A DNA stretch of 64,000 bases from NCBI GenBank assembly GCA_964016885.1, contig OZ024749.1, positions 4,154,001 through 4,218,000 of the forward strand. The letters are read 5' to 3'. Source of the DNA: Eledone cirrhosa (lineage: Eukaryota). The notes under the pieces are model-generated. The model was given only the letters and a program-made list of their open reading frames with translations. It was not told the origin of the DNA and ran no database searches. Of the stretch, positions 15,435 through 28,415 are shown in pieces. A program made the translations under genes and the position numbers. Every line of letters begins with the position of its first letter. Position 1 is the stretch's first letter.

Positions 15435-16102
15435 AGATGAAATGTATATGTATATGTATGTATATATATATATGTGTGTTTTGTGTGTATATATATATAT
15501 ATGTGTGTGTGTGTGAGTATGAACACGTGTGTGTATGAATACATTTCTCCTTCCTTCCTGCTATTAATAATTAATTTCTTGTACCACTGTGTCGTTGCTG
15601 TCATTGCCGTATTGTTGTTGTTTTAGTGATGTTGTTGTTGTCTTTTTTTACGGCTGATGATGACTCCTATCTCCATTTTCGTACTATTGTTGTTGTAGTT
15701 CAATTTTTTAAAATTCATATTATTTCATTGCAATTGTATATTTATTTGTTTTGTCTTATTGTTTTCATAGCCTGTATTGAATATTTATTGATTTTAATAA
15801 ACAATGTTTTGTAGCCTCCAAGTAATTAGGTTCCTAATTTGAACCACCAAATGAAAAGAAATCGATATTTGAAGGAAACAGTTCAATAGTTAGGATCGGT
15901 TTCCCTCCGTATAAATGTTTAAATACTATATTCCAAGTAGAAACCATTTTCATTTTCACACACACAAAAATAAACGTTTACAGAATTATAACAAAAACAA
16001 TAATTAGCATAATGAATTATAAACAAGAATGACATTGTATATCATAGAAAAGATAAAGTATGTAACATGCAGTGGATGAGCCAAATACACACGACACGCA
16101 TG

Positions 16103-16145
<43 letters not shown>

Positions 16146-17825
16146 CTAGACAAAGACACAGAGACACCACACACACTCCCATACTCACACACACACATAC
16201 CTATATATATATTTATAAACGCACACACACTCACACACACACATAAACGCACAAACACACACATAGTCACGCACACACACGCATATGCACCCCCACCCCC
16301 CACACACATACATAGCGAGAATCGCATTTCGGCTTTGGTATTAGCGAAAAACAACTTCCGAGATGTGTGGCAAGTGCTCAATAATTCTGACGAACCAGAG
16401 CTACAACATACGTTAAAGGCCAAACACACTGAGACGATGGTTAAACCGTCATCTACACAGATGTAAACATATATGTATGTACGCATATATGTATGTACGT
16501 ATACATACTTGTATTTAGGTATCAGCCGTACTAAGAGTGAGAAATGAAATTGCGTTTCATTCTTTTCCATTTATCGTTTATGGTAAGCCCGGCCGACTAA
16601 CTCACTCGATATGCAAATTAGGCTGCTCAGCGGACACGTCTAGTGATTTCGGAATATATTCTCCGGAGAAGAGAATATGTTCCGTAATCATTATACGTGT
16701 CCGTCGAACCTGCGGGTCCAGAATGAGACAGATCCATACAATGATCGCGTCTCGAGCTGTCCGCCGGCGAAACAATTGTAACACACAATAAATTGAGTTC
16801 AGATGCATCACTGATTTTTCGTTTTATATGATATCATACTCTGCTCTGTAAGAGCATAGACTGCTCAACCGGCATACCGCCTATGGAAGCATCTTAGCTA
16901 GCCTCAGACACACATATATATATATATGTGTGTGTGTGTCTGTCCGTGTGTGTGTACGTATGTGTGTGTGTGAGAGAGCGAAGGGGGGGGGGGGGTATGC
17001 TTGTGTGTGTGTGTTATGGAAGTGTGGGGGGTATGTGTGTCTGTGTGTGTGTATTTATATATAGGTTCTTTATTAAAACTTCCCTTGAAATCCCTGAATG
17101 GAATTTTGATTTTCCTTATACAAGTCAGTGTGATTTCTAAATATTTAAACATGAGCAGCTTTTCCTGTTGAAACCACACTTGTTCTCCCTGTCAGAATGT
17201 TTAAATATCATTTAATGCTGTTTCTATTTTTTCTTCTCCTTTCAGTGCAAAAGTTGTTTCTTAGAAAAAGTTATAAATACTTACATAATTACCTATTTCA
17301 TCCATATGATCTTGAATGTGTTATGTAATTGCCAAAGCTACACCTCAAGGGGATTTAAACTTGATAGTGAGTAATACATAAAGAGTCCATAATAGAAGAT
17401 GGATGCTCCAAGAGCCTGATGAGACCAACTTTTCTACAAATCGATTCCTTCAGAACAACTTGTAATTCTCTTGAGGTTATTACGCTATTGTTATTTAAGA
17501 GAAAATCTAGAAGTATCTTTCTTATATAGAATATACAAGTGACTGAATTTCTATAGATATGTATTATTGTATACAACCATGAGAATACTGTATCATGCGA
17601 ATATTTAATCATACAAAAATACGTAGGACCATGTGTATCATTGCGATGTTCGCTTTGTAACGAACTGGCTTTCGCTTCAGTTGGGGTGACGTCTCGACAA
17701 ACTTGGGATACCGAATTATTGTAAGGGAGATAACAGGACTAAACTGATAGGAAATTGGATAGGGCGGGTGTTTTGGTAGTATTCCTTCAAGGAAAGACGA
17801 TATCACGTATCTCTCTCTCTATATA

Positions 17826-18120
17826 TATAGGGAAAAAAGAGGAAATCGAAAATGCAAGTGGAGTTGTTTTTTTAAATATATATATTTATTTGGTTCCTTT
17901 ACCGGTTTCGCAGTTCTTCTACTTTTCAAAAGTAGAGTTGAGATGGAGGGTCTGTGATTTTTTTCACATCAGATGTGAGAAAAATCACAGACCCTCCAGC
18001 TCAACTCTACTTTTGAAAAGCAGAAGAAATGCGAAGCAGGTAAAGAAACCAAATAAATATATATATTTTTTTTTTAAAAAGACTCCAGTTGCATTTTCGA
18101 TTTCATCTATTTTCCTTATA
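17826..18120. repeat. About 295-bp imperfect palindrome
   Basis: Arms centred on CACATC-A-GATGTG (about 17971). The minus strand of the left arm carries GAAACCGGTA, a hammerhead-like 3' half. Confidence 0.85.
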
Positions 18121-18195
18121 CTTTCACTCGTGTAGGACACCTCGGTTACTTTTCATGTTGTAAAAGAAAGCTCATTTTCTAATATATATATATAT

Positions 18196-18729
18196 ATATC
18201 ACGATACATTAACGGAGCCATATACTCTCGCCGTTCCCAGTAAATAATGTGCTCAAATGAGAGGAAATCCAGAGCTTTTTAAAGTACAATATGTTGAAAA
18301 GGTAACACACTGAAAAGAGATACAGTGTGCTATCGATAGAACAGGGAAAAACCACCAGTGTATGGAATCTATAACCTATGAAAGGCAGAGTATAGACACG
18401 ATAATAAAAAAATATAAATTAAAGCGTAAATAAGTACCTCTATAACTATATAACACACGTACACATCCAAAGAGATCTGTTTCGCCAGTAAGTTGTTGAC
18501 AGAAATGAAATAACCCACGTTTATCAGCGTGTGTAAGGCTATAGATTTCAGACAACACTAAGAGGATGTTTAAAGCGACCGTCCAGCTACACGTGGGAGA
18601 GAGAAGTCACAGCGTGTTTAAGGGCAGTGAACATATTGTATTTTAAAGAGCTCAGGATTTCCTCTCTTTTGAGCACATTATTTACAGGGAACGGCGAGAG
18701 TCTATGGCTCCGTTAATGTATCGTGATAT
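18196..18729. mobile_element. About 530-bp element with about 100-bp inverted repeats
   Basis: 18196-18295 is reverse-complementary to 18630-18729 with few mismatches. Confidence 0.75.
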
Positions 18730-18944
18730 TTCCCTCCTTATAACAGACCTTCCTCTCTCTCTGTTTGGTTGAGCACACTTCTCTGAGTGGTTTTAGGCTG
18801 CCCTTTCTAGCAGTTCGTCCCTCAGAGCCCACTGGTTCACTGCCGTCGGTGTCATACTTTATTGAGTACTCTGTTGGATTATGGTCCATATTGTTCCTTA
18901 CCACAATTCCTCGAAAACGAGTGGGCAGCCACCATATATATATG

Positions 18945-19026
<82 letters not shown>

Positions 19027-19040
19027 CATACATATATATA

Positions 19041-19600
19041 TGGTGGCTGCCCACTCGTTTTCGAGTACGGCCACTTCTTTAAATCCATGTAGGAGAACCC
19101 CTACTGATGCGCTGAACGAGTGTGGCTTTTTAGTCCAGCCAGCGACTTGAACACTCTGGTACAAACACTACACTTGTGACAATTATTGACACAGTGCAGG
19201 GCCCATGGTACCATGTGACGACAAGTGCAGAGAGATCTCCAGATATAAAGCAATGCCTGTGCCGTGAAGCTTTTATAGTGAGCAAAGGCACTGCACAAAG
19301 CCAGTCCCACTCTCTTAAACAATATGATATTTACCAAAAAGAAGAACAAGTCAACATCATTGGATACCATCAGGGTTGCAGGTGTTATCTCAGAGTTTTC
19401 CTTCTCCTAGAATTCTGCCTTGACAAAGGCTAAGGGGTCATCTCTCCCGGTGATTTTGGATGGTCATTAACACTTACGAGCTCCTTTGCCCTTTGACAGG
19501 TTTTTTTTTTAGTCCTGCATGATGTCCAAAGTCACCCTCCTCACCAAGAAACCTTGGTGGGGTTGCCAGTTTAGTCGCCAACGACCCGACCATGAGACAG
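19041..19600 (-). mobile_element. Internally deleted RTE-like LINE derivative (5' UTR-like part joined to C-terminal zinc finger)
   Basis: The minus ORF ends WRSL...[24 protein letters not shown] (C2H2 typical of RTE ORF C-termini). Upstream GGAGAAGGAAAACTCTGA and ACTAAACTGGCAACCCCACC resemble RTE 5' UTR motifs. Confidence 0.6.
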
Positions 19601-19615
19601 GTTGTATATATATGC

Positions 19616-19649
<34 letters not shown>

Positions 19650-19687
19650 TTATATACATATATATATATACACATTTACATACATAC

Positions 19688-19740
<53 letters not shown>

Positions 19741-21991
19741 TGTGTGTGCGTCTGCGCATGTGTGTGTATATGTGTGCGCGGCGCGCACGCATGTACGCAA
19801 TAATAAAACGCGAGCTACAAATGCGTAGAATAATTGCACGAATTTTGTTATACCCTGTAATAGAGATGAAAATAAAATGTTTTATTTCAATGAAACAACA
19901 AGAATATTTTGTTTTATGTCTTTTTAAATAATATTGCTAACACTAATAATGGCGATATTTCATATCCAAATATCGAATTATAAACGATATCAAAACAAAC
20001 TAAGCCATCATTGAAAACAATAACAATTATCCCAACATTTATTATTTGAGAAAAAGAAAATACACGAAAATTAAATTGACACAAATCTTGAATGGAAGTA
20101 TGATTAGCTGGCAACATAATAGGAAGTAAATTTCGGGAAAATAAAAACAGTAGCCGACATACATATATGATGTTATGTGAAATGTCGAAATGTTTAAAAT
20201 GTCATCCGCTTTAACAGTAAAATATCCTGCGATTGACAGAGGTAGGAAGAAAGATAAAAATATTGTATTAAAAGAAGAAAAATCAAGGTGAATAGAAACA
20301 ATGAAATTCTATAAAATAATGCTATTGCTGACGCTAAATATGACAGAAATAAGAAGAAAAGTTTAGGGAAATTTGTAGAGAACGTGATGCGTTAAGGTGG
20401 AGAAAGGGGGAAAGGTTCCAAGCATTGATTATATGTGAATTATGAAAGAAAATAGCTATCCACAATAGATTCTGAAATGACAAGAGCGGGATGAATATCG
20501 TTTAGAAAATATATCATAAAATTGAAACCTACAATAAATCGTTATAGGTTTTCTTTCAGTCTAACATAATATATGAAATTTAAATTGTTGCAAACATAAA
20601 TCTTTTAGGAAGAGAATCTTTACACAATCCTATTGAAATGCAATACATTGAAAAGATTTAAAAGAAATATCAAATATCTCTATGAAGGTACAATATTCAT
20701 TCTTTCCTTCCTTCCTTGAACCCTTAATTACTGATTAATTAGTATCACCGCCATGATGTGAGATGTACCTTGCGTATTTTATATTTCTAGCGTTCATCGC
20801 ACTCCATTTATGACAATAGTTGTTCTCTTCTATATTAATAAAAGGGACAGATGGATTATTCTACCCTAGTACAGACGCAGTCAAATACATTGTAAATAAC
20901 CACTAGCTATTTCATATAAATTATGAACACAGAACTAGGACCAAAAATATATATTTCCATTTGGGCTACCTATTCCTGATACTAACTGGAAGACGAGGTA
21001 AAGGGAAATAAATATTTTTCCCAAGCACAAGACAAGCCCTTCAATCAAGGAATATAACTCAAGAACTTTTGAATCTTGTGAATCAAAAATTGCTACTCAC
21101 AATGATATCGCGCAAGTTAGACCTCGATGGTATTTTAACTCAAGGAGAAGAAAGCATGAATGAACAGCGCAATGTGTTCTATCTGATGTTCTAAAGACTG
21201 TCAATTCCCCAAAAAGATAAACCTAAACCTTACAGACTTCCTGAAACGCTTCCACAAACATACAAAAAACTGAAACTCAATAACTGACATTCCTTAGATC
21301 CAAAATTCCTCCAGATCCGATCTCTTGTATTCCTGTATAACGCTTAAATCAGTGCCAGAAGGGGATGCTGATGTCGCCTTTCGCGGCGCTGCTGTTTCAT
21401 CCACATATAATTTAGAACTGATCAAAGGAGAGGTTGAGAGACTCAAATTGACTGTCATGTAATTTCTCATCTATCGATGCATCTAAGTCTCACAGATGCC
21501 TTATACCCTTCATCTTGTTTTTTCTACCCTGATTTCCATCTAGTTTCACTTCCTTCACTCGATTTTTGTCACCCCATTACCTGTTTTGTCTTCTATCTTA
21601 AGAGTCGCACCTAGCTATATATTTAATCCGACATTTCTAATACGTCAGGTCTTTCCAATTTCCACCGCCAATCCTCCATATGTGTTTCTTGGACAGCTGC
21701 CCACCTGTCTTAAATCATAAAAAATATTTATAATCTAGATGTGAAATTTCGTCTTGATCATCGTATGTAAATCTTACCTTTGGCTACATAAAGCATAATA
21801 GCCTATGCTCTGGCGCGGATGGGTGGATTTCAACTTACCACGAAATTCACCTTATGTTAATCATCGTAAGATAAATATATAATACCAATTCAACAATTAA
21901 ATATATTTAATTCACAAGAAGTAGGCGAATTTGCGATATACTTAGAACCGAGTTCAACTTTGTGTTTTCTCTCTCGAAATACTTACATATA

Positions 21992-22683
21992 CTATCAGAA
22001 AAACCACCCTTTGCGTGGTTTTCTGCTAACATGTGTAGGTTGCATATTGATATTATACACAAGTATATATCAATGTAGATATGATATATCAAATAAAATC
22101 GTAAATGACGATATCCACAGAAATTGTTACAATATCCGCAGAATGCGTTACACTGACTTATGTAATCAGTAACCTAATCTATAATACATTAAAAAACACA
22201 CGATATTTTATATAAACTGCATTAGAAAAAAATTAGTGACGGAAATATATGAATATATATTTAAGCGATTGCTAACCGGAAGTTTTGACATTTGAAAATG
22301 TTAAAGAAATGAATCTTTAAATAAACAATAACATTTTATTTAATCAAAAGCTACGAAATTTAGTAGATAAATTATGTAATATCCATTCATTATTTATTCA
22401 AAATAGGGCGATGAATTGGTAGTATCGGTAGAGAGTTGGATTATGCTTTCCAGCATAGTTACGTCTCTTTACGATGTGAGTTCAATTCCGGCCGAGGTTA
22501 ACTTTGCCTTTCATCCTTATGGGGTTGATAAAATAAAGTACCAGTAATGTACTGGGATAATTGCTGGCCTTGTGCCAAAAAGTAGAAACAATTATTTATT
22601 CAAAGTAATCCAACTTATTTTACTAATGGTATAACACATAAACCGTACACAATCCCGCATTACTTACTTTATTATAGTTTAGA
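21992..22683 (-). mobile_element. Non-autonomous Helitron-like repeat containing a SINE (copy 1)
   Basis: Colinear with 42189-42847. The minus strand begins TCTAAACTATAATAAAG and ends with a hairpin then ATAG, between A and T. Confidence 0.55.
22405..22592 (+). mobile_element. tRNA-derived SINE (190-bp family)
   Basis: A box TGGTAGTATCGG, B box GAGTTCAATTCC, central GCCGAGGTTAACTTTGCCTTTCATCC; TSD ATTATTTATTCAAA. Confidence 0.85.
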
Positions 22684-23087
22684 TAGTATCATTCAATTAC
22701 TAGGTCCGGTTGATCCTATTTGTCTATTTCTCATAGTATCTGCCTTTCTCTCCATTTCTTTCTTTTCTAGAAGAAGCCTCTGTACCATGTGCTGGAAATG
22801 GAGGTGATCAGATAGGTTTGAATCATCAAGTCAAGACATATGTCACAAGGGTGACACTACGATTTCGTGAAAAGTTAAGTTACTAAAGAAAGACATAACC
22901 GAAAGGGGCTGGTGACCGCTAAAGAAGGGCACCAAAATACCAAGGATAATATTTGTACATATCATGGATAATGTCTATGTAAAATCTCATATTCTAATAT
23001 ATAGCTAGCGACACTACTTCTTTACTTTTGGTGGTTTACTGTCTCCTCAAAAATTGTGCACACTAACAGATACATATACACATTCAC

Positions 23088-23122
<35 letters not shown>

Positions 23123-23378
23123 TGTGTGTGTGTGTTCGTCAGCTTCTACATACATATATATATATATATATATAGTATTAGTTATACTATTTATGGTTAT
23201 GTAAACACAAAACCTTAAGCAGTTGTAAGTATTTTACACACACCCTAAATAGTGGTAGGCAGTAATGTATTACTACCTTATTACCAGTAAGTTAAGTAGC
23301 TCAATGTAAAAACATCAGATGATTTACAGAGCAGTTATATGAAATATAAGAATCAAAGAACTGTTCAAAACATTATTG

Positions 23379-23425
23379 TGCTTACAGCTGTTTCCTCCAA
23401 ACCGAGGTTTGGATTCTTCGGAGCA
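23379..23425 (-). ncRNA. Minimal type I hammerhead motif (inverted pLTR copy)
   Basis: Reverse complement of 26508-26554. Confidence 0.7.
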
Positions 23426-23660
23426 ATTTATTAATGCATGGACAGTTATATGACCTCCTTTTCAGCCGAGAGACATACCAATACATATTCAAACATTGAT
23501 ACATATTCAAACATTGTGGGTCAACATTCATTACAAAATTTAGAGTGGCAGTACACACTTCGAGATTACATTTATATTAATAGGTACAATCAAAAATCAA
23601 AGATATAGGTTATACCTCCTCAATGAAATCCATAAAGACCTCCCTTACCTCAACGGTGGT

Positions 23661-25064
23661 TTGTACCGCGATGATGCACTTCTACTCATAGAATATAAAA
23701 AATTTAATATAGAAAGAACTAGAAAACAACTGCATAAGACATTCAAAAACTTTAACCTTAGTATCACCATGGACAAAAACACTAAAAATGTTAACTTCCT
23801 AGACGCCACACTATACCTAGACTCAAAAATATATACACCTTTCCATAAGCCCAATGAGAAACTTATTTACGTAGATACCAAGTCTAATCACCCTAGATCA
23901 ATATTAAACTCTATCTCTAAGGGGGTGTCCAATAGAATCTCTAATCTGTCCTATGACGCAAACATATTTAGCAAAAACTCACAATATTACAATCAAGCAT
24001 TAGCTAGCTCCGGCCATAATATAGAAATAGAGTTCCTACCTAAGAAAACACATAGCTACAACATCATCTCGCACAACATGTCCATGAGGAAATCTAATAA
24101 TAGGAATAGCAACCACAAGTACACCAAAGCGGAGGGTGCCACCGGAAGTAACCATTACCATGGAAACTACTGTGAGGCCTTAGGAGGAAGCAACACACCA
24201 AACACTAAAAGCAAAAATAGAAGAAGAAATAATACATTTTTCAACCCTCCTTTCAACCTAAATGTCTCCACCAACATACCTAGGGCTTTCTTCTCACTAC
24301 TAGATAAAAACTTCCCTCTAGGACACAAGTACCACAACCTCTTAAACAAAAACACCATTAAAATCTCATACTCTACGACGCCTAACTTAGCATACCACAT
24401 AGCTAGCAGCAATAATAGTAAAATTAGTTCTTACTTCCAACAAACAAAATCACAACGGGATGCAAACCCTCTAAATACCACTGTAGCAAGCAACAATAGC
24501 AACGGCAGTAACAATAGAAATAACACTAGTATAAGTAATAACACCAGGGTTGTCAACCTGAACACCCAAAATCCTATATCCACCACACAGACTTCCGCAT
24601 TGCATTATAACCAGCGGACTAACGCACAGAATAATTGTAACTGTAGAGCTAATAGAACCTGCCCTTTAGATAAAAAATGCCTAACCAAGGATGTCATATA
24701 CTCATGCACAGTCACGACTAATAACTCTTCAGAGACCTATGTAGGCTCCACTTCTAACTGCTTCAAAATTAGATATAACTCGCACATCCACTCGTTCAAA
24801 AAGCACAGCCTAGCCAACTCCACCTCACTTTCTAGCTACATACACTATCTAAAATCTAAAAATAAACCATACACACTCAAATGGGAAGTGATAGGCAGCG
24901 CGACCTCGTACAAACCACCTAATAAATTCTGTAACCTCTGTATACTAGAGACACACAATATTATCTTCTCCAACCGTAACCTACTTAACAAAAAATCTGA
25001 GGTGTTTGCAACTTGCCAGCACCGCCTCAGACATTCCTTCCAAAACTTTAAGCCCTATATATAG
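23661..25064 (+). CDS. PLE polyprotein C-terminal half: RT (YRDD, FLD, thumb) plus GIY-YIG endonuclease; 5'-truncated, frame open from 23613
   Basis: GGLYRDD, VNFLDATL, KPN..YV...SNHP, FNPPF, CNCRANRTC (CxCx5C), VIY..TYVG, FKIRYNSH, CNLCILE, LNKKSE...CQH. Confidence 0.9.
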   Translation: MYRDDALLLIEYKKFNIERTRKQLHKTFKNFNLSITMDKNTKNVNFLDATLYLDSKIYTPFHKPNEKLIYVDTKSNHPRSILNSISKGVSNRISNLSYDANIFSKNSQYYNQALASSGHNIEIEFLPKKTHSYNIISHNMSMRKSNNRNSNHKYTKAEGATGSNHYHGNYCEALGGSNTPNTKSKNRRRNNTFFNPPFNLNVSTNIPRAFFSLLDKNFPLGHKYHNLLNKNTIKISYSTTPNLAYHIASSNNSKISSYFQQTKSQRDANPLNTTVASNNSNGSNNRNNTSISNNTRVVNLNTQNPISTTQTSALHYNQRTNAQNNCNCRANRTCPLDKKCLTKDVIYSCTVTTNNSSETYVGSTSNCFKIRYNSHIHSFKKHSLANSTSLSSYIHYLKSKNKPYTLKWEVIGSATSYKPPNKFCNLCILETHNIIFSNRNLLNKKSEVFATCQHRLRHSFQNFKPYI

Positions 25065-26507
25065 CAATGTCGGACTGGAACCTAACACCACATCTAGCAT
25101 CAAACACCAGAGACACACCCTATACTACATACCCAACACTAGCTGATCCATTATAACACAAACAACGACATCCCTCTGGAACCCTTCGCAGGGAAAATAC
25201 CCATTTATACCTCTACGGCAGCTGTGACAACATCCACCCACCTGGACGGCACTACACCGCTCTAAGGGTAATTTGAGCATGAATCGATCGGTTGGATGGT
25301 GTTGGGCAGAGGAAACACCTTCCTTAGACAGATGTAAAATGTTTTAATCGAGTAGCGCTGTTGACCAGTAGGACCGGGCTGCTGAGCGCAGTGAGTGAAT
25401 GCAATGCAACTGCCGTGCGGGTTGTACGTATACGGATGATCTGACGGTCAGAGAGGGGTCGCGAGGACTGCGGATTGACCTTTGGCCTGCCTCGGGACGA
25501 TTATCTTTCGACATCCAATGTAGCAAGCGATGACCCAGATCTTACCAGAGATCATTGGGTCCTGAAGCAATCCTGCAATCACCGCGCCTGGTCATATGAG
25601 CAGACTACAACCACAGAGATCATTAATTTAGAATCCTCGCTCATCATCTATAATTTCCATTTGTAGCACCTTAAGATGGGTTAATCCACCTTAATAATAA
25701 TATGATCTCCTTCAGCATAATTTAGTTAAACTACTCTATAGTTAGTACACTTTATGCTTTAAAAGTCTCTCTTGGAAGGTGCACCTCACCATAGAATTTA
25801 GGGTCCATATTGGGACACATTTTAATGGCTAGATATAGAAACCCCAGAGTTACCTCCCCGCATGCATTAACTCCCCTTAGCCACACACACACTTCCGGTA
25901 TTCAATGGCGTCTCTCGAAACGTAACAACCTCCTGTATCGAACTAAGGAACACCAGACTACGATCTCTAACTGGATTGTCGTGGATTATGTGAAAGGCAT
26001 ATAATCGAAATATACACTCCCTTGACCATGAAAATGCCGAAGTACATGAATTACGTGACATCCCTGCGTTGTGCATCTCCAATACTTATAACACTTTTAA
26101 TGCTTGCACTATCTTTAATGTTTATAATATTTCTCCACACACAGACTACATCAATCATATAAAGACTTTGCCACCAGATCTACCAACCTAACACTCTTAT
26201 TTACCTACCTAAGTGCCTCTACCACACATATCTCTCTGCCACACTATATAAACAAGACGCACATGCGTGCCACACATATAACATTTGCACTATATAACCA
26301 CTTATCTTCATGTTGTACTTTAACCTATATCTTTGATTTTTGATTGTACCTATTAATATAAATGTAATCTCGAAGTGTGTACTGCCACTCTAAATTTTGT
26401 AATGAATGTTGACCCACAATGTTTGAATATGTATCAATGTTTGAATATGTATTGGTATGTCTCTCGGCTGAAAAGGAGGTCATATAACTGTCCATGCATT
26501 AATAAAT

Positions 26508-26554
26508 TGCTCCGAAGAATCCAAACCTCGGTTTGGAGGAAACAGCTGTAAGCA
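26508..26554 (+). ncRNA. Minimal type I hammerhead motif with variant core
   Basis: TGCT-CCGAAGA-aTCCAAACctcgGTTTGGAg-GAAA-CAGCTG-TA-AGCA. Confidence 0.72.
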
Positions 26555-26594
26555 CAATAATGTTTTGAACAGTTCTTTGATTCTTATATTTCAT

Positions 26595-26651
<57 letters not shown>

Positions 26652-26679
26652 TTGTGTGTGTGTGTTCGTCTACTTGTAC

Positions 26680-26720
<41 letters not shown>

Positions 26721-26805
26721 TGTGTGGGTGTGTGCGTCTACTTGTATATAAATATATATATATATATATATAAATATACACATATATAAATATATATATA
26801 TTTAT

Positions 26806-26980
26806 ATAGGAACGAGTAGGACCCCGACGGCTGAGCTCAAGCCGTTTCGACGGCTAATTCTGAAACGGCTTGAGCTCAGCCGTCGGGGTCCTACTCGTTC
26901 CTATTACCCACTCTACTACCCTAAGTATTGAGTACTTCGGTGCTTTATGGTCCACCTGGTTCCTTGCCACATTTCCTTCG

Positions 26981-26983
<3 letters not shown>
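26806..26983 (+). mobile_element. Family A short element with palindromic head
   Basis: 26806-26848 is inverted at 26862-26904. Carries GAAACGGCTTGAGCTCAGCCGTCGGGG (hammerhead 3' half). Confidence 0.8.
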
Positions 26984-27020
<37 letters not shown>

Positions 27021-27064
27021 ATATATAAAGAGAGAGATACATATATCCATGTATCTATATCTAC

Positions 27065-27133
<69 letters not shown>

Positions 27134-27173
27134 GCTCTCTATCTCTCTCTCTCTCTCTCCCTCTCTCTCTCTC

Positions 27174-27253
<80 letters not shown>

Positions 27254-28254
27254 TATATATATAAGTGTGTGTCAGACATTAAGAGAGAGATGACAGTGTG
27301 GCTTATATACATTAATGTAAATGTTGAAATATATTGTAGTGGTTATTACCGTACAATGAAACATATATGTCTCCATATATCTTCGCAAATATCGCGCTAA
27401 AGCATTTATGACCAAGTCACACATTAATATTTACATTTCCACAAGTCCATTACCATTTTGTTGGAACATACTTTGCTTGATTCAATTTAAATATAACTAC
27501 AATGCATTGAAACAGATTACATTCTAAATCTCCATCCCATGTTACTAACACACATTATGTTTACATGCAATCATATTTATAGCGCAACATGCACGGAAAC
27601 ATTAACAAGCGTTCTGACTCTAGTGTATATTGATATTGACTTCATTATATATATTCACGAAGGTTGCATATATTACAAGAGATGCACATTAGAAAATAAT
27701 GTTGTTATTGTTGCCGTTGGACCTTCGTCGCTTTCGACTACACATATACCGATTTATTAACAGAACAGGCACTTTTTTTAAATCTACGTGCGAAGGGGAT
27801 ACGTTTTCAAATGAAGGATGCACACTATTCCCTGTGTAATTCTTTCTCACACATTGTGTGAGTAGCTTTGTCTCTTGAATAAACGTACAATGTATTTCCC
27901 CTAGTTTTATGGACGGGAGTAAAGTGAAATAAAGACTGTGGTTCAAGGAAACAAGAAACCGATTGAGATTGAAATCACGACGGCCTGATCTGGAACACTA
28001 AGCCACTTGCCTTCACTAGAATATAATTTGAAACTCTGTGATTGAAAGGTAATGAATAGGCAGGGACATAGATAGTATGGTATGGAGTCGTAAGGTATCG
28101 TAGGGGCGCCTTATTGAAATATGGCGTCTCTAGGGCGTTTTTCTTTTAGCCTGGTGGAGCCCATCTCCTCTCCAGGCCTGAATACAGTAGATTTCTTCTA
28201 TAGTAGGATAGAGAAAGTGAGAGAAAGGAAATGAGAAAGAGATATATAGGGATA

Positions 28255-28415
28255 ATTGACCCCAGTACTTGACTGGTACTTTGCTATCCACCATGAATGG
28301 ATCAAATGCAAAGTTGACATCGGCGGGATTTGATATCAGAGAGCACAGAACCGTAATTATTACTACACACCATTCCATCTGGCGTTCTAACAACTCTGCC
28401 AATTCACCGCCTCAA
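28255..28415 (-). mobile_element. SINE (190-bp family), diverged
   Basis: CTGGTACTT...AAAGTTGACATCGGCGGGATTTGA...CTGCCAATTCACCGCCT. Confidence 0.7.

Larger units (their letters stand above)
23337..26596 (+). mobile_element. 5'-truncated Penelope-like retroelement, probably Hydra clade, with inverted pLTR
   Basis: 23337-23612 is an apparently perfect 276-bp reverse complement of 26321-26596. Contains the RT+GIY-YIG ORF and a hammerhead in the pLTR, with (TA)n downstream. Confidence 0.92.

Noticed and set aside
17222-17250. Polypyrimidine tract plus CAG (possible splice acceptor)
   Set aside because: No convincing exon or donor follows
21440-21720. Possible very old LINE 3' end on the minus strand
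   Set aside because: Too decayed to translate convincingly
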